Below, piece after piece: positions 19,602 through 30,465 of a stretch of DNA of 38,434 nt. How positions within the stretch are numbered: the stretch's first letter is position 1; the number at the start of each line of letters is the position of its first letter. Position numbers and translations under genes: made by a program. Source of the DNA: Gammaproteobacteria bacterium (GTDB taxonomy: Bacteria > Pseudomonadota > Gammaproteobacteria > Chromatiales > Chromatiaceae); the NCBI GenBank assembly GCA_008080925.1, contig VMDJ01000165.1:1-38434 (forward strand). The letters are read 5' to 3'. The notes beneath the pieces were generated by a model. The model had not been told where the DNA came from, ran no database searches, and was given only the letters and a program-made list of their open reading frames with translations.

Positions 19602-20111
19602 ATGAAAAAAACTCTTTTTAGCTCACTTTTGTCGCTATCTGCGGGCATCTTTTTATTAACGGCGGCTGCACAAGCTGATGTGCTGAAAATCAAACCGTCC
19701 CATCCTGATCGTTATACCGTGGTGAAAGGCGATACCCTGTGGGATATCTCAGGCCGCTTTTTAGAACACCCTTGGCAATGGCCAGAAATTTGGCAGATTA
19801 ATCCACAAATTGAAGACCCTCATTGGATCTATCCGGGTGATGTTGTGGAATTGGTCTACATCAATGGCAAACCACAGCTGCGCAAAGCCAGTGGTCGTGT
19901 TGTGTTAACGCCACAAATGCGCATCCGTGATGTTGCCGAACCGGTTCGTGTCATTCCGATTAATGCGATTAAGCCCGTGCTTGAATCAGGCTATGTGGTT
20001 GATTCTGTTGGCCTTGCGATGGTGTACAAAACCTTTGATCAGGTGAGTTATGCCCTTGTGATGGAGTCCCATCGTGGAATTCAGATTGGAGATCATCTGC
20101 GACAGCCCTAA
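19602..20111 (+). CDS. LysM-domain secreted protein (short TsaP-like)
   Basis: Signal peptide MKKTLFSSLLSLSAGIFLLTAAAQA, then LysM YTVVKGDTLWDISGRFLEHPWQWPEIWQINPQIEDPHWIYPGDVVEL. The position upstream of dprA matches the TsaP locus of other proteobacteria. Confidence 0.8.
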   Translation: MKKTLFSSLLSLSAGIFLLTAAAQADVLKIKPSHPDRYTVVKGDTLWDISGRFLEHPWQWPEIWQINPQIEDPHWIYPGDVVELVYINGKPQLRKASGRVVLTPQMRIRDVAEPVRVIPINAIKPVLESGYVVDSVGLAMVYKTFDQVSYALVMESHRGIQIGDHLRQP

Positions 20112-20122
20112 ACTGTTTGCTT

Positions 20123-21238
20123 ATGAAATCATCTTCACCTGACATTTCAGATAGCGATAGCAATGCCCGTGATTGGCTATCGCTGATTCGCGCCCCCGGT
20201 CTTGGGCCCGCAACGCTCAAACCTTTTTTTGACAGTTCGAGCAGCATTAGCGAGCTGCTTTCTCAGCTGCGTCAATCATCAGATACGCGTGTAAAAAAAG
20301 CACTCGATGGCATCGATGAGGCGCAAATTGAGTCTGATGAGAATTGGCTTAATTCAAGCGAAAATCAGCTCATTCACTATTTTTCGCCACAATACCCCGC
20401 ATTTTTGCGCGAGTTGCCTGATGCGCCTATTGCCCTCTTTGCGCGTGGCGATACCGAACTTTTAGGCTTCCCACAGCTCGCCATAGTGGGCAGCCGAAGC
20501 GCCACTCAAGGTGGCTTAGTGAATGCGGGGGCTTTTGCCGAATTCCTAGCCAAGAACGGCATTGTCATCACCAGTGGCTTAGCCAAAGGCATCGATGCCG
20601 CGGCTCATAAAGGCGCCTTAGCAGCTAATGGCGGCACCATCGCCATCATGGGAACGGGGCTTGACCGGATTTACCCTGCCGAGCACAAAGAGCTCGCTCA
20701 TCAGATCGCCGACAACGGCTTAATTCTTACCGAATATCCTCCCGGTACAGGCCCACATCCCGGCAATTTTCCACGGCGCAATCGCCTGATCGCAGGGCTT
20801 TCACTCGGCACCCTGGTGGTCGAAGCTGCAGTAAAAAGCGGATCACTCATCACGGCAAGACTTGCATCTGAAATGGGCCGTGATGTCTTTGCTATCCCAG
20901 GTTCGATTCACAACCCGATGGCACGCGGCTGCCACGCATTGATTCGTCAGGGCGCGAAACTTGTCGAAACGGCAGAAGATATCGTTGAAGAGCTGCTACC
21001 AAAACTATCGACCTCGGAAAAACCGGCAGACGCATCGGAAGCGCTCGAGGTTTCAGCTCAAATCGATGCCGATCACGCAGCAATTTTGGATGCGATGGGA
21101 TTTGATCCGGTGACCACCGATCAGATCGTTGAAAATAGCCCTTTCAATGCCGCGGAAGTCTCGTCGATTTTGCTCTTGCTCGAACTGCAAGGTCATGTAT
21201 TATCAGAATCAGGTGGACGGTTCATTCGGCTACGTTAA
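20123..21238 (+). CDS. dprA: DNA-processing protein DprA (Smf)
   Basis: WLSLIRAPGLGP N-terminus, Rossmann-like core GSRSATQGG...GLAKGIDAAAHKGAL, and a C-terminal winged-helix tail. The start is either ATG 20123 or TTG 20117. Confidence 0.92.
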   Translation: MKSSSPDISDSDSNARDWLSLIRAPGLGPATLKPFFDSSSSISELLSQLRQSSDTRVKKALDGIDEAQIESDENWLNSSENQLIHYFSPQYPAFLRELPDAPIALFARGDTELLGFPQLAIVGSRSATQGGLVNAGAFAEFLAKNGIVITSGLAKGIDAAAHKGALAANGGTIAIMGTGLDRIYPAEHKELAHQIADNGLILTEYPPGTGPHPGNFPRRNRLIAGLSLGTLVVEAAVKSGSLITARLASEMGRDVFAIPGSIHNPMARGCHALIRQGAKLVETAEDIVEELLPKLSTSEKPADASEALEVSAQIDADHAAILDAMGFDPVTTDQIVENSPFNAAEVSSILLLLELQGHVLSESGGRFIRLR

Positions 21239-21338
21239 GGCAGTAAATGTTCAATCGAACAAATCACAATCTGACCTCATCACAGCGTTTCCAACAGACG
21301 CACAGCCACTCTTTCCCTCTTCGAAAAGGACTCTCAAC

Positions 21339-21821
21339 ATGAACGAAAATCTTATCGACGTTCTGGTTTACATCTATGAAAACTACATGGATAGCGAGCA
21401 GTCTGTGCCTGTCGACCAGATCACTTTAGAAGAAGAGTTGATCAGCGCCGGATTCCAGAAAGGTGAAGTGAACAAAGCCTTTGATTGGTTGGATGAACTC
21501 GCTTGGTGCCAAGGTAGCTTGAGCGAATATCGCGAGGCCCAACCTAATGGTGCGATCCGTGTCTACACCGATCTCGAGCAACAGAAGATGGACATAGACA
21601 TCCGCAGCTTGCTGATGAATCTTGAACAAATGTGCATTCTGGACCCAATGAGCCGCGAACTCGTTATTGAACGCTGCATGGCGATCGAGACCGAAGAGCT
21701 GACCACAGATGACGTTAAGTGGGTGGTTTTACTCGTTTTATTGAATCAGCCAGGCCAAGAAAACGCCTTCGCATTGATGGAAGAACTGGTCTACAACGGC
21801 GAGCCTCCATACCTTCATTAA
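21339..21821 (+). CDS. smg: Smg protein (DUF494)
   Basis: MNENLIDVLVYIYENYMD matches the Smg N-terminus, and an AAAAGGA Shine-Dalgarno sequence lies upstream. The longer track ORF starts at a TTG inside dprA. Confidence 0.9.
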   Translation: MNENLIDVLVYIYENYMDSEQSVPVDQITLEEELISAGFQKGEVNKAFDWLDELAWCQGSLSEYREAQPNGAIRVYTDLEQQKMDIDIRSLLMNLEQMCILDPMSRELVIERCMAIETEELTTDDVKWVVLLVLLNQPGQENAFALMEELVYNGEPPYLH

Positions 21822-21897
21822 TACCTCGCTTGAGGGGGCTTAATTTGCCGCTCGGCTTGACACGACCCCTCAATCAAAGATATCCGTATAAATAGGA

Positions 21898-21927
21898 CGC
21901 CGGCTGATGCCGGCGATTTCTTATCTT
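21898..21927 (+). terminator. GC hairpin plus T-rich tract upstream of topA (smg terminator or topA 5' leader structure)
   Basis: CGCCGGC (21898-21904), loop TGAT, GCCGGCG (21909-21915), followed by ATTTCTTATCTT. It lies 19 nt before the topA ATG. Confidence 0.35.
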
Positions 21928-21945
21928 AAAAACACTGGGATCACT

Positions 21946-24222
21946 ATGAATCTGGTCATCGTTGAATCGCCCGCAAAAGCGAAAACGATCAAAAAATATC
22001 TCGGCAAAGATTTCGATGTGTACGCATCGTATGGCCACGTGCGTGATCTTGTGCCTAAAGAAGGTGCGGTTGATCCCAACAATCATTTCGCGATGAAGTA
22101 TCAGGTCATCGAACGAAACGACAAACATGTCAAAACCATCATCTCTAAGTTAAAGAATGCCGACGCTCTGTATCTCGCGACCGACCCCGACCGCGAAGGT
22201 GAAGCTATCTCATGGCACCTATACGAATTGCTGAATGAGAAGAAAAAGCTAAAGAACAAAACCGTGCATCGCGTTGTCTTCAACGAGATCACTAAGAAAG
22301 CCGTGCAAGATGCAGTCGCTAATCCACGTGAACTCTCGTTGGACTTAGTGAATGCACAACAAGCGCGCCGCGCACTCGATTACCTAGTTGGTTTTAACCT
22401 ATCGCCTCTGCTTTGGAAGAAAGTTCGTCGCGGTTTATCTGCAGGTCGTGTGCAAAGTCCTGCCTTGCGTTTGATCTGTGAACGCGAAGATGAGATCGAA
22501 GCATTCAAAGCGAAAGAATATTGGACTGTAGAAGCGGATACCGAAAAAGACGGCCAAGGCTTTAATGCAAAGCTGACACATTTCGACAATGAAAAACTCA
22601 GCCAGTTTTCGATCACCAACGAAAAACGCGCAAAGACCGTTGAGGCTGCACTCAACGAAGCCGCTAATGGTGAGCTAACCATTGCCAAGGTTGAAAAGAA
22701 GCAGCGCAAGCGTAACCCTGCACCACCTTTCACAACCTCAACACTGCAACAGGAAGCCGCACGTAAGTTAGGCTTTACCGCACAACGTACCATGCGTGTT
22801 GCTCAAGGCCTTTATGAAGGTGTTGATATTGGCGAAGGCACTGTTGGTCTGATCACCTATATGCGTACCGACTCGGTGAACTTAGCTGACGAGGCAATTG
22901 GGGAACTACGCGGTTTCATCAGCGACACCTATGGCAAAGAGAATTTGCCAAAAGCTGCGCGCGAATTTAAAACTAAATCGAAGAATGCTCAGGAAGCACA
23001 CGAAGCGATTCGTCCAACCTCGGTTTTAAACACGCCCGATGGCATCGCTAAACATCTGGATAAAGATCAGCTCAAGCTTTACACCTTAATTTGGAAACGT
23101 ACCGTCGCCTGCCAGATGATCCATGCCACCATCAATACCGTGGCAGCAGACATGACTGCGGGCAATCACACCTTCAGAGCGAATGGCTCAACCATCGCTA
23201 TCCCTGGATTCATGCAGATTTACCTTGAAGGTACCGATGACAGCAAAGGCGATGATGACGAAAAGATGCTGCCTGAGCTCACCGAAGGTGAAAAAGTTAA
23301 GCTACTTAAAATCCGCCCTGAGCAACACTTCACTGAACCACCACCTCGCTTTTCAGAAGCAAGCTTGGTAAAAGCGCTTGAAGAGTTTGGCATTGGTCGT
23401 CCATCGACTTACGCATCGATCATCTCAACACTGCAAGATCGCGAATATGTTGAGATCGACAAGAAGCGTTTCTATCCAACAGATGTAGGTCGCGTGGTTA
23501 ATAAATTCTTAACCAACTACTTCACTCAATACGTTGATTACAACTTCACCGCACAACTGGAAGATGAGCTAGATGCTGTTTCACGAGGTGAAGAAGAATG
23601 GGTACCTCTCTTAGAAAAATTCTGGAAACCCTTCATTGATCGTATTGAAGACACACAAGAGAACGTACAACGCTCAGACGTCACCCAAGAGAAGATTGAT
23701 GAGAAGTGTCCTAAGTGTAATGAGCAATTATCGATTCGCTTAGGACGCAATGGTCGCTTTATTGGTTGTACCGCATACCCTGAATGTGACTACACACGTA
23801 ACCTGAATGACGATGGTGATTCGCCTGAGCCTGAAAAGGTCGGTCGTGATTGTCCTGAGTGTGGCTCTGAGCTGATTTATAAGACCGGTCGTTACGGCAA
23901 GTTCATTGGTTGCTCGTCTTATCCAGACTGTAAGCACATCGAGCCACTCGAAAAACCTAAAGACACTGGCGTCGAATGTCCTAAGTGTAAGAAAGGCATG
24001 ATGATGGAACGTCGCTCACGTCGCGGCAAAGTTTTCTATTCGTGTTCAACATACCCAACGTGTGACTACGCCACTTGGAACATGCCCTTAGCCGAGCCCT
24101 GCCCAACCTGTCATTGGCCAATCGTGACCATCAAGACAACTAAACGCAGTGGTACGCAAAAGGTCTGTCCTCAGCAGGAATGCAGCTTCGCCGAAGCTTA
24201 CGAAGCACCACCTGAAGAATAA
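21946..24222 (+). CDS. topA: DNA topoisomerase I
   Basis: TOPRIM motifs IVESPAKAKTI and DPDREGE, active-site Tyr in GLITYMRTDS, and four C-terminal C4 zinc ribbons (CPKC..CTAYPEC, CPEC..CSSYPDC, CPKC..CSTYPTC, CPTC..CPQQEC). Confidence 0.96.
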   Translation: MNLVIVESPAKAKTIKKYLGKDFDVYASYGHVRDLVPKEGAVDPNNHFAMKYQVIERNDKHVKTIISKLKNADALYLATDPDREGEAISWHLYELLNEKKKLKNKTVHRVVFNEITKKAVQDAVANPRELSLDLVNAQQARRALDYLVGFNLSPLLWKKVRRGLSAGRVQSPALRLICEREDEIEAFKAKEYWTVEADTEKDGQGFNAKLTHFDNEKLSQFSITNEKRAKTVEAALNEAANGELTIAKVEKKQRKRNPAPPFTTSTLQQEAARKLGFTAQRTMRVAQGLYEGVDIGEGTVGLITYMRTDSVNLADEAIGELRGFISDTYGKENLPKAAREFKTKSKNAQEAHEAIRPTSVLNTPDGIAKHLDKDQLKLYTLIWKRTVACQMIHATINTVAADMTAGNHTFRANGSTIAIPGFMQIYLEGTDDSKGDDDEKMLPELTEGEKVKLLKIRPEQHFTEPPPRFSEASLVKALEEFGIGRPSTYASIISTLQDREYVEIDKKRFYPTDVGRVVNKFLTNYFTQYVDYNFTAQLEDELDAVSRGEEEWVPLLEKFWKPFIDRIEDTQENVQRSDVTQEKIDEKCPKCNEQLSIRLGRNGRFIGCTAYPECDYTRNLNDDGDSPEPEKVGRDCPECGSELIYKTGRYGKFIGCSSYPDCKHIEPLEKPKDTGVECPKCKKGMMMERRSRRGKVFYSCSTYPTCDYATWNMPLAEPCPTCHWPIVTIKTTKRSGTQKVCPQQECSFAEAYEAPPEE

Positions 24223-24233
24223 GCACTGCGCGC

Positions 24234-24782
24234 ATGTCGTCACGTTTTCGTACACATCTCGCAGCACGCATCATCCATCAGGGAGGCGTTGTCGCTTATC
24301 CAACTGAAGCGGTTTACGGCTTTGGTTGTGATCCACTCGACGCGCATGCTGTCGCGCGACTGCTTGAGTTAAAGCAACGTCCCGAGAGCAAAGGTCTCAT
24401 TCTCATCGCATCACATGCCGAACAGCTGCGCCCGTTTGTTGATGATCTTGATCAATGGTTGCTAAAGGTTGGTAAGGAATGGCCAGGTGCACATACCTTC
24501 TTACTACCCGCAGCAAATGATCTGCCACGTTGGGTAAACGGCGGTAATGACAAGATTGCCTGTCGCGTTACGACACATCCAATTGCTTCGGCATTATGTG
24601 ACGAAACAGGTCACGCCATCGTATCGACTTCGGCCAATCGTAGCGGCCAAGCGCCCGCAAAGAGCGCGTTTGAAGTACAGCTTCACTGCCCCGGATGTGA
24701 CTACATTTTGAGTGGCACTTTAGGCCAACTCGATAAACCAACACCTATCACTGACATTACGACTGGAAAGCGTTTACGCTAA
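24234..24782 (+). CDS. tsaC: L-threonylcarbamoyladenylate synthase TsaC (YrdC type)
   Basis: 182 aa with YPTEAVYGFGCDP and STSANRSG motifs. Confidence 0.9.
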   Translation: MSSRFRTHLAARIIHQGGVVAYPTEAVYGFGCDPLDAHAVARLLELKQRPESKGLILIASHAEQLRPFVDDLDQWLLKVGKEWPGAHTFLLPAANDLPRWVNGGNDKIACRVTTHPIASALCDETGHAIVSTSANRSGQAPAKSAFEVQLHCPGCDYILSGTLGQLDKPTPITDITTGKRLR

Positions 24783-26044
<1,262 letters not shown>

Positions 26045-26160
26045 GGCATATCCTCAAAAATGCGGCAGCGATGCTATCACAATGGCCAACAGGCTTTGTT
26101 TTTAGCCGCTCAAGTCAGTAGCATTGCGCCAGATTTTATTTTTGAAGCACTCCCCTCGAC

Positions 26161-27090
26161 ATGTCTGAAACGATTCGTATCGCAACTCGCAAATCTCCGC
26201 TCGCCATGTGGCAAGCCGAACATGTGGCCGCCGCACTAAAAGCTGCGCACCCCGGTTTAGACGTCGAGATCCTCGGCATGTCGACCCAAGGCGACAAGAT
26301 TCTGGATACCCCTCTAGCCAAAATTGGCGGCAAAGGTTTGTTCGTAAAAGAACTCGAAGCTCGCATGCTAGAAGGTGATGCCGATATCGCTGTGCACTCA
26401 ATGAAGGATGTACCGGTTGAGCTGCCAGAGGGTTTACACCTTGCTGTAATCATGGAGCGTGAGGATCCAACCGATGCCTTTGTTAGCAACAAGTTCGCTT
26501 CACTCGATGAGTTGCCAGAAGGCGCTGTTGTTGGCACCTCAAGTTTACGTCGCCAATGTCAGCTGAGTGATCGACGCCCGGATCTTGAGATCAAATCACT
26601 GCGCGGCAATGTGAACACACGCTTACAGAAACTTGATGACGGTGAATACGATGCCATCATCTTGGCATCTGCTGGTTTAATTCGCTTAGGCTTTGCTGAT
26701 CGCATCCGTCATGCGCTCGATACCGAAGACAGCCTGCCAGCGATCGGCCAAGGCGCGGTTGGTATTGAATGTCGTTCTGATGATCCGCGTGTGAATGCGT
26801 TGCTTGCCCCTTTACACCACAAAGATACCGCCGACCGTGTTGCCGCAGAACGTGCCATGAATGCTCGTTTAGAAGGCGGTTGTCAGGTGCCGATTGGCGG
26901 CCACGCCATCCTTGAGGGCGATGAGATCTTCATGCGCGGCTTGGTAGGCACCGTGGATGGTAGCGAAGTAATTCGTGCCGAAATTCGTGGCTCGCGCGAA
27001 CAGGCAGCCGAGCTAGGTGTTGTTGTCGCTGAAGAGCTACTGGCACATGGCGCTGACACCATCTTGCGTGAGCTTTACGAAAACGCATGA
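26161..27090 (+). CDS. hemC: Hydroxymethylbilane synthase (porphobilinogen deaminase)
   Basis: [25 protein letters not shown] and the cofactor-Cys region GGCQVPIG. Confidence 0.96.
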   Translation: MSETIRIATRKSPLAMWQAEHVAAALKAAHPGLDVEILGMSTQGDKILDTPLAKIGGKGLFVKELEARMLEGDADIAVHSMKDVPVELPEGLHLAVIMEREDPTDAFVSNKFASLDELPEGAVVGTSSLRRQCQLSDRRPDLEIKSLRGNVNTRLQKLDDGEYDAIILASAGLIRLGFADRIRHALDTEDSLPAIGQGAVGIECRSDDPRVNALLAPLHHKDTADRVAAERAMNARLEGGCQVPIGGHAILEGDEIFMRGLVGTVDGSEVIRAEIRGSREQAAELGVVVAEELLAHGADTILRELYENA

Positions 27091-27872
27091 GCAAAAAGCC
27101 TTGTGATCTAGCTGGCTTATCTGTGTTGGTCACCCGCGCTGAAGCACAAGCCGACGCTTTTTGTGAATTAATTCAAGATGCACATGGCCGTCCGGTTCGC
27201 TTTCCTGCACTTGAGATCTTAGGTCCCTCGGATAAGAAAGACTTAAAGCAACAGCTCGCCAATCTGTCAAAGATTGATCTACTGATTTTTGTAAGCGCCA
27301 ATGCCGTGCGTTATGCCTTCCCGCATTTTCCAAACAACATCCCGGTTAATTTAGAGATCGCTGCAGTCGGTAAAGCCACCGCTGCCGCATTAGAAGACTG
27401 CGGTCTCGATGCAACTTTACTGCCCGATGAACAGATGAACTCCGAAGGCTTATTGGCTTTGCCGGCTCTACAAGCAGTTGGGGGCAAAAAAATCCTGATC
27501 GTGCGTGGCAATGGAGGTCGTGAACTTCTCAAAGACACCCTGACTGAGCGTGGCGCTAGCGTGAGCTATGCGGAGGCATACCGTCGCCAATTACCGCAGC
27601 GAAATGCCAGTAATCTGGTTCAAAATTGGTCGAGCTGGGTTGATGTGGTCACCGTGACCAGTGTCGAGCTCCTTAAAAACCTATGTCATCTGATCGGCGA
27701 CGAAGGTGTTGAGCGACTCAAGCAAACACCAATAGCGGTGATCAGCGAGCGTATTGCTGAATACGCTGACGAGATGGGTTGCGAGGCCATTTATGTCAGC
27801 GACCAACCATCGGATGCGGCTTTACTTAAAACGGTCTGCGAGATCAATCGCGAGTTACTTAAAGCGCAATAG
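27087..27872 (+). CDS. hemD: Uroporphyrinogen-III synthase
   Basis: 261 aa with an ATGA overlap with hemC. HemD-like two-lobe pattern ([10 protein letters not shown]..., [14 protein letters not shown]). Confidence 0.9.
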   Translation: MSKKPCDLAGLSVLVTRAEAQADAFCELIQDAHGRPVRFPALEILGPSDKKDLKQQLANLSKIDLLIFVSANAVRYAFPHFPNNIPVNLEIAAVGKATAAALEDCGLDATLLPDEQMNSEGLLALPALQAVGGKKILIVRGNGGRELLKDTLTERGASVSYAEAYRRQLPQRNASNLVQNWSSWVDVVTVTSVELLKNLCHLIGDEGVERLKQTPIAVISERIAEYADEMGCEAIYVSDQPSDAALLKTVCEINRELLKAQ

Positions 27873-27941
27873 AACAAGACGCAGACCACTGCCTTTGCTA
27901 GTCTTATGGGCAAGACAATCCGGTAGAGTTTTGACGCTGAT

Positions 27942-29222
27942 ATGACCGAGCCCAAAGATAAAGAAAACGTCGTCATCGATGTCACTCCAGAACCTGAATC
28001 TGGACCTGAAATGGACTCAGCGACTGAGCCAAACACAGCGCAACCTTCGAAGAAAAAATTCCCACTCTTGCTCATCACCACTCTTGTGGCATTAGGGTTT
28101 GCCATTGGCGCTTTAGTTTTTGCTTATCAATCAACGCAAAGCACTGCTGAAGAGCTAAACGCACTCAGTGCGAAATTCCAACAGAGCCAAAACCGTCAAG
28201 CGCAACTCACTGCGGCCTTGCAACAAACGCAACAACAAGCACGCTCGCAAGCGAGTCAGGTAGATCAAGTTAATCAAACCACTGCGCAGCAACAAAAGAT
28301 CATCGAAGAAACGCGTGCTCAGCTCTCCGAACAACAAACTAAACTCGCTTTAGATCAAAACACGCTGCAATCGCGTGAACAAGCCCTGCTTGCGCGTCTC
28401 GATGAAATGAAAATGCATCTACGCTCAGACAATGGTCAGTGGATGGTGTCTGAAGCAGAGTATCTATTGCGTCTTGCTAGTCATCGCATTTCGTTAGAAC
28501 GTGATTTGGCCACCGCCCGTGAAGCGCTGTTACTCGCTGATCAACGTTTGCGTGATACGCGTGATCCAGGTTGGCTGGCGGTTCGTGAACAGATAGCACG
28601 TGATATCAACACAATTGACAGCACATCGTTACCCGATGTTGCGGGCCTATCAGCCAAGCTGGGTGCATTAATTGATCAAGTGCCTCAGCTCAAGCTCACT
28701 AAGAACACTCTCGGCACGACGAGTGAACCAACCACTGATGCCGCAAAAACCGATGGCCAGGCGCGAACCTGGGACTCACTGCTCGATAATTTAATTACTG
28801 GTTTTAAAAACACGATTCGTGTGCGTCGTAATGATCAACCGCAACAAGCAATGCTGGCGCCAGAGCAACAGTACTTCCTTTACGAAAACCTTCGTCTGCA
28901 ACTTGAAGGGGCTCGCTTGGCGGTTGCGAAAGGCGACCAAGCACTGTTTCAAGATAATTTAAATACGATTGCCAATTGGCTTGGCACTTACTTCGACCCA
29001 GGTCATCAGTTGGCACAAGCGATGTTGAATGCGGTCAACGAACTCAAAGCTATCAACATCAAACCTAGCCTGCCTGATCTGAGTCGCTCTCTGTATGAAT
29101 TACAGTTACGTAAAAAGCTAACTGAAGATCTCTCACGTGGTGGCAATCCAACGCAGCCAGTTGCGCCTAGCGGACCCATCGCGCCGCCTATGATGAACCT
29201 GATGCCGAGCGTGACTCAATGA
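27942..29222 (+). CDS. hemX: HemX family membrane protein
   Basis: N-terminal transmembrane segment, a Gln-rich coiled coil, then a HemX-like C-terminal domain. It occupies the hemCDXY position. Confidence 0.85.
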   Translation: MTEPKDKENVVIDVTPEPESGPEMDSATEPNTAQPSKKKFPLLLITTLVALGFAIGALVFAYQSTQSTAEELNALSAKFQQSQNRQAQLTAALQQTQQQARSQASQVDQVNQTTAQQQKIIEETRAQLSEQQTKLALDQNTLQSREQALLARLDEMKMHLRSDNGQWMVSEAEYLLRLASHRISLERDLATAREALLLADQRLRDTRDPGWLAVREQIARDINTIDSTSLPDVAGLSAKLGALIDQVPQLKLTKNTLGTTSEPTTDAAKTDGQARTWDSLLDNLITGFKNTIRVRRNDQPQQAMLAPEQQYFLYENLRLQLEGARLAVAKGDQALFQDNLNTIANWLGTYFDPGHQLAQAMLNAVNELKAINIKPSLPDLSRSLYELQLRKKLTEDLSRGGNPTQPVAPSGPIAPPMMNLMPSVTQ

Positions 29223-30460
29223 CACGTTTGCTTAAGATCTGGCTAGTCATCCTACTTGGTGCTGGCATTGGCGTCATCGCAACACGTGATAACGGCTATG
29301 TCATGTTGGCCTTCGGTGTATATACCGTTGAGATGAGCTTGGTCTTATTGCTGATCATTATCGCGATGCTCTTTGCGGTGATGTATTTCAGCATTCGCGC
29401 ATTGGTACGCTTCTACCGCCTACCCTCAGATGTGAAAGATTGGTCGCAACGTCGTGGCAACCGTGCTGCACAGAACGCAATGACCCGTGGCTTGCTTGAA
29501 TTATCTGAAGGCCAATGGCGTAAAGCTGAAAAACGTTTGGTGAAATTTGCTGATCGTTCAGAGACGCCTTTATTGAACTACCTTGCTGCTGCTCGCGCAG
29601 CACAACTGCAAGGCGCGCATGAGCGTCGTGATAGTTACATTCGCCTAGCACATAAACATATGCCCTCAGCTGATGTGGCTGTCAGTATTACTCAAGCAGA
29701 ACTGCAAATGGCAGATCACCAGCTTGATCAAGCCTTAGATACTCTTCGTCACCTGCGTGATGTCGCACCGAACCACACCTATGTGTTGCGCTTACTGATG
29801 GATCTTTATGATCAAGTGGGCGATTGGGAGCGTTTAAGCGAATTAATGCCAGAGCTTCGAAAGCGCAAAGTCGCTTCTGCTGAGCAGCTCAAGTCGCTGG
29901 AAAAGAAAGCGTATAAAAAGTTACTAGAGGCGAGCTTTTTAGACAAGGATCCCGAACAACTCAGCTATCGCTGGCGCAATGTGCCTAAAGTGTTACGCGA
30001 AGACCCTGCACTGATTGCTGACTACGCCAGTTACTTGCAAGAACGTGAGCGCCACCAGGAAGCGGAAGAGCTTTTACGCCAAGCGCTTAAGCGAGGATGG
30101 GATGTTGAACTGGTTGAGTTGTATGGTCAGCTTGAATGTCCTAATGCTGCGAAGCACTTATCGCGCGTTGAGGCTTACCTTAAAAAATACCCCAATGATG
30201 CAACGCTACTTTTAAGTCTTGGTCGATTATGTTTGCGTTCGCAATTATGGGGCAAAGCCCGTGCCTATCTTGAAGCCAGCGTGGGTAATGACGGCCCGGT
30301 GGCTGCTTACCGAGAGCTAGCTCGGTTACTCGAGCACATGGACGAACCAGAAAAAGCCTTAAGCATTTATCGTCAAGCGGTCTCGCTTGAGCATGATGAT
30401 CAGTTGATCGCCTTGCCAGAACATATCGGACATCATCCGCGTACTTCTGACGCACAGTAA
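29219..30460 (+). CDS. hemY: HemY family protein (two TM segments plus TPR)
   Basis: ATGA overlap with hemX, two N-terminal transmembrane helices, and TPR-like C-terminal repeats. Confidence 0.88.
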   Translation: MTRLLKIWLVILLGAGIGVIATRDNGYVMLAFGVYTVEMSLVLLLIIIAMLFAVMYFSIRALVRFYRLPSDVKDWSQRRGNRAAQNAMTRGLLELSEGQWRKAEKRLVKFADRSETPLLNYLAAARAAQLQGAHERRDSYIRLAHKHMPSADVAVSITQAELQMADHQLDQALDTLRHLRDVAPNHTYVLRLLMDLYDQVGDWERLSELMPELRKRKVASAEQLKSLEKKAYKKLLEASFLDKDPEQLSYRWRNVPKVLREDPALIADYASYLQERERHQEAEELLRQALKRGWDVELVELYGQLECPNAAKHLSRVEAYLKKYPNDATLLLSLGRLCLRSQLWGKARAYLEASVGNDGPVAAYRELARLLEHMDEPEKALSIYRQAVSLEHDDQLIALPEHIGHHPRTSDAQ

Positions 30461-30465
30461 GTTTT

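Noticed and set aside
21129-21338. N-terminal extensions offered by the ORF track: smg from a TTG at 21129, gor to 8355, prlC to 37211, gamma-CA-like from 37169, SDR to 32846, DUF4390 to 16695, def from a TTG at 19450, LysM from 19563, and topA from 21907
   Set aside because: Each extension adds non-conserved residues before a canonical family N-terminus. Most downstream starts have a recognisable Shine-Dalgarno sequence. Several extensions would overlap neighbouring genes or erase divergent promoter space.
22380-22793. A 137-aa minus-strand ORF antisense to topA, together with similar antisense ORFs at 26136-26537 (hemC), 24779-25060 (hemF) and 30180-30530 (hemY/ubiD)
   Set aside because: All are shadow ORFs inside strongly supported genes, with Ser/Arg/Ala-rich low-information sequence and no start-site signals.
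23700-24180. A four-fold repeated Cys-rich pattern near the 3' end of topA
   Set aside because: These are the standard tandem C4 zinc-ribbon domains of bacterial topoisomerase I. The repetition is at the protein-domain level only, not a DNA repeat.
28140-28400. A Gln-rich, low-complexity stretch in hemX, considered as a possible repeat expansion or coding artefact
   Set aside because: A Gln/Ala-rich coiled coil after the N-terminal transmembrane helix is normal for HemX-family proteins. The DNA shows no exact tandem repeat.
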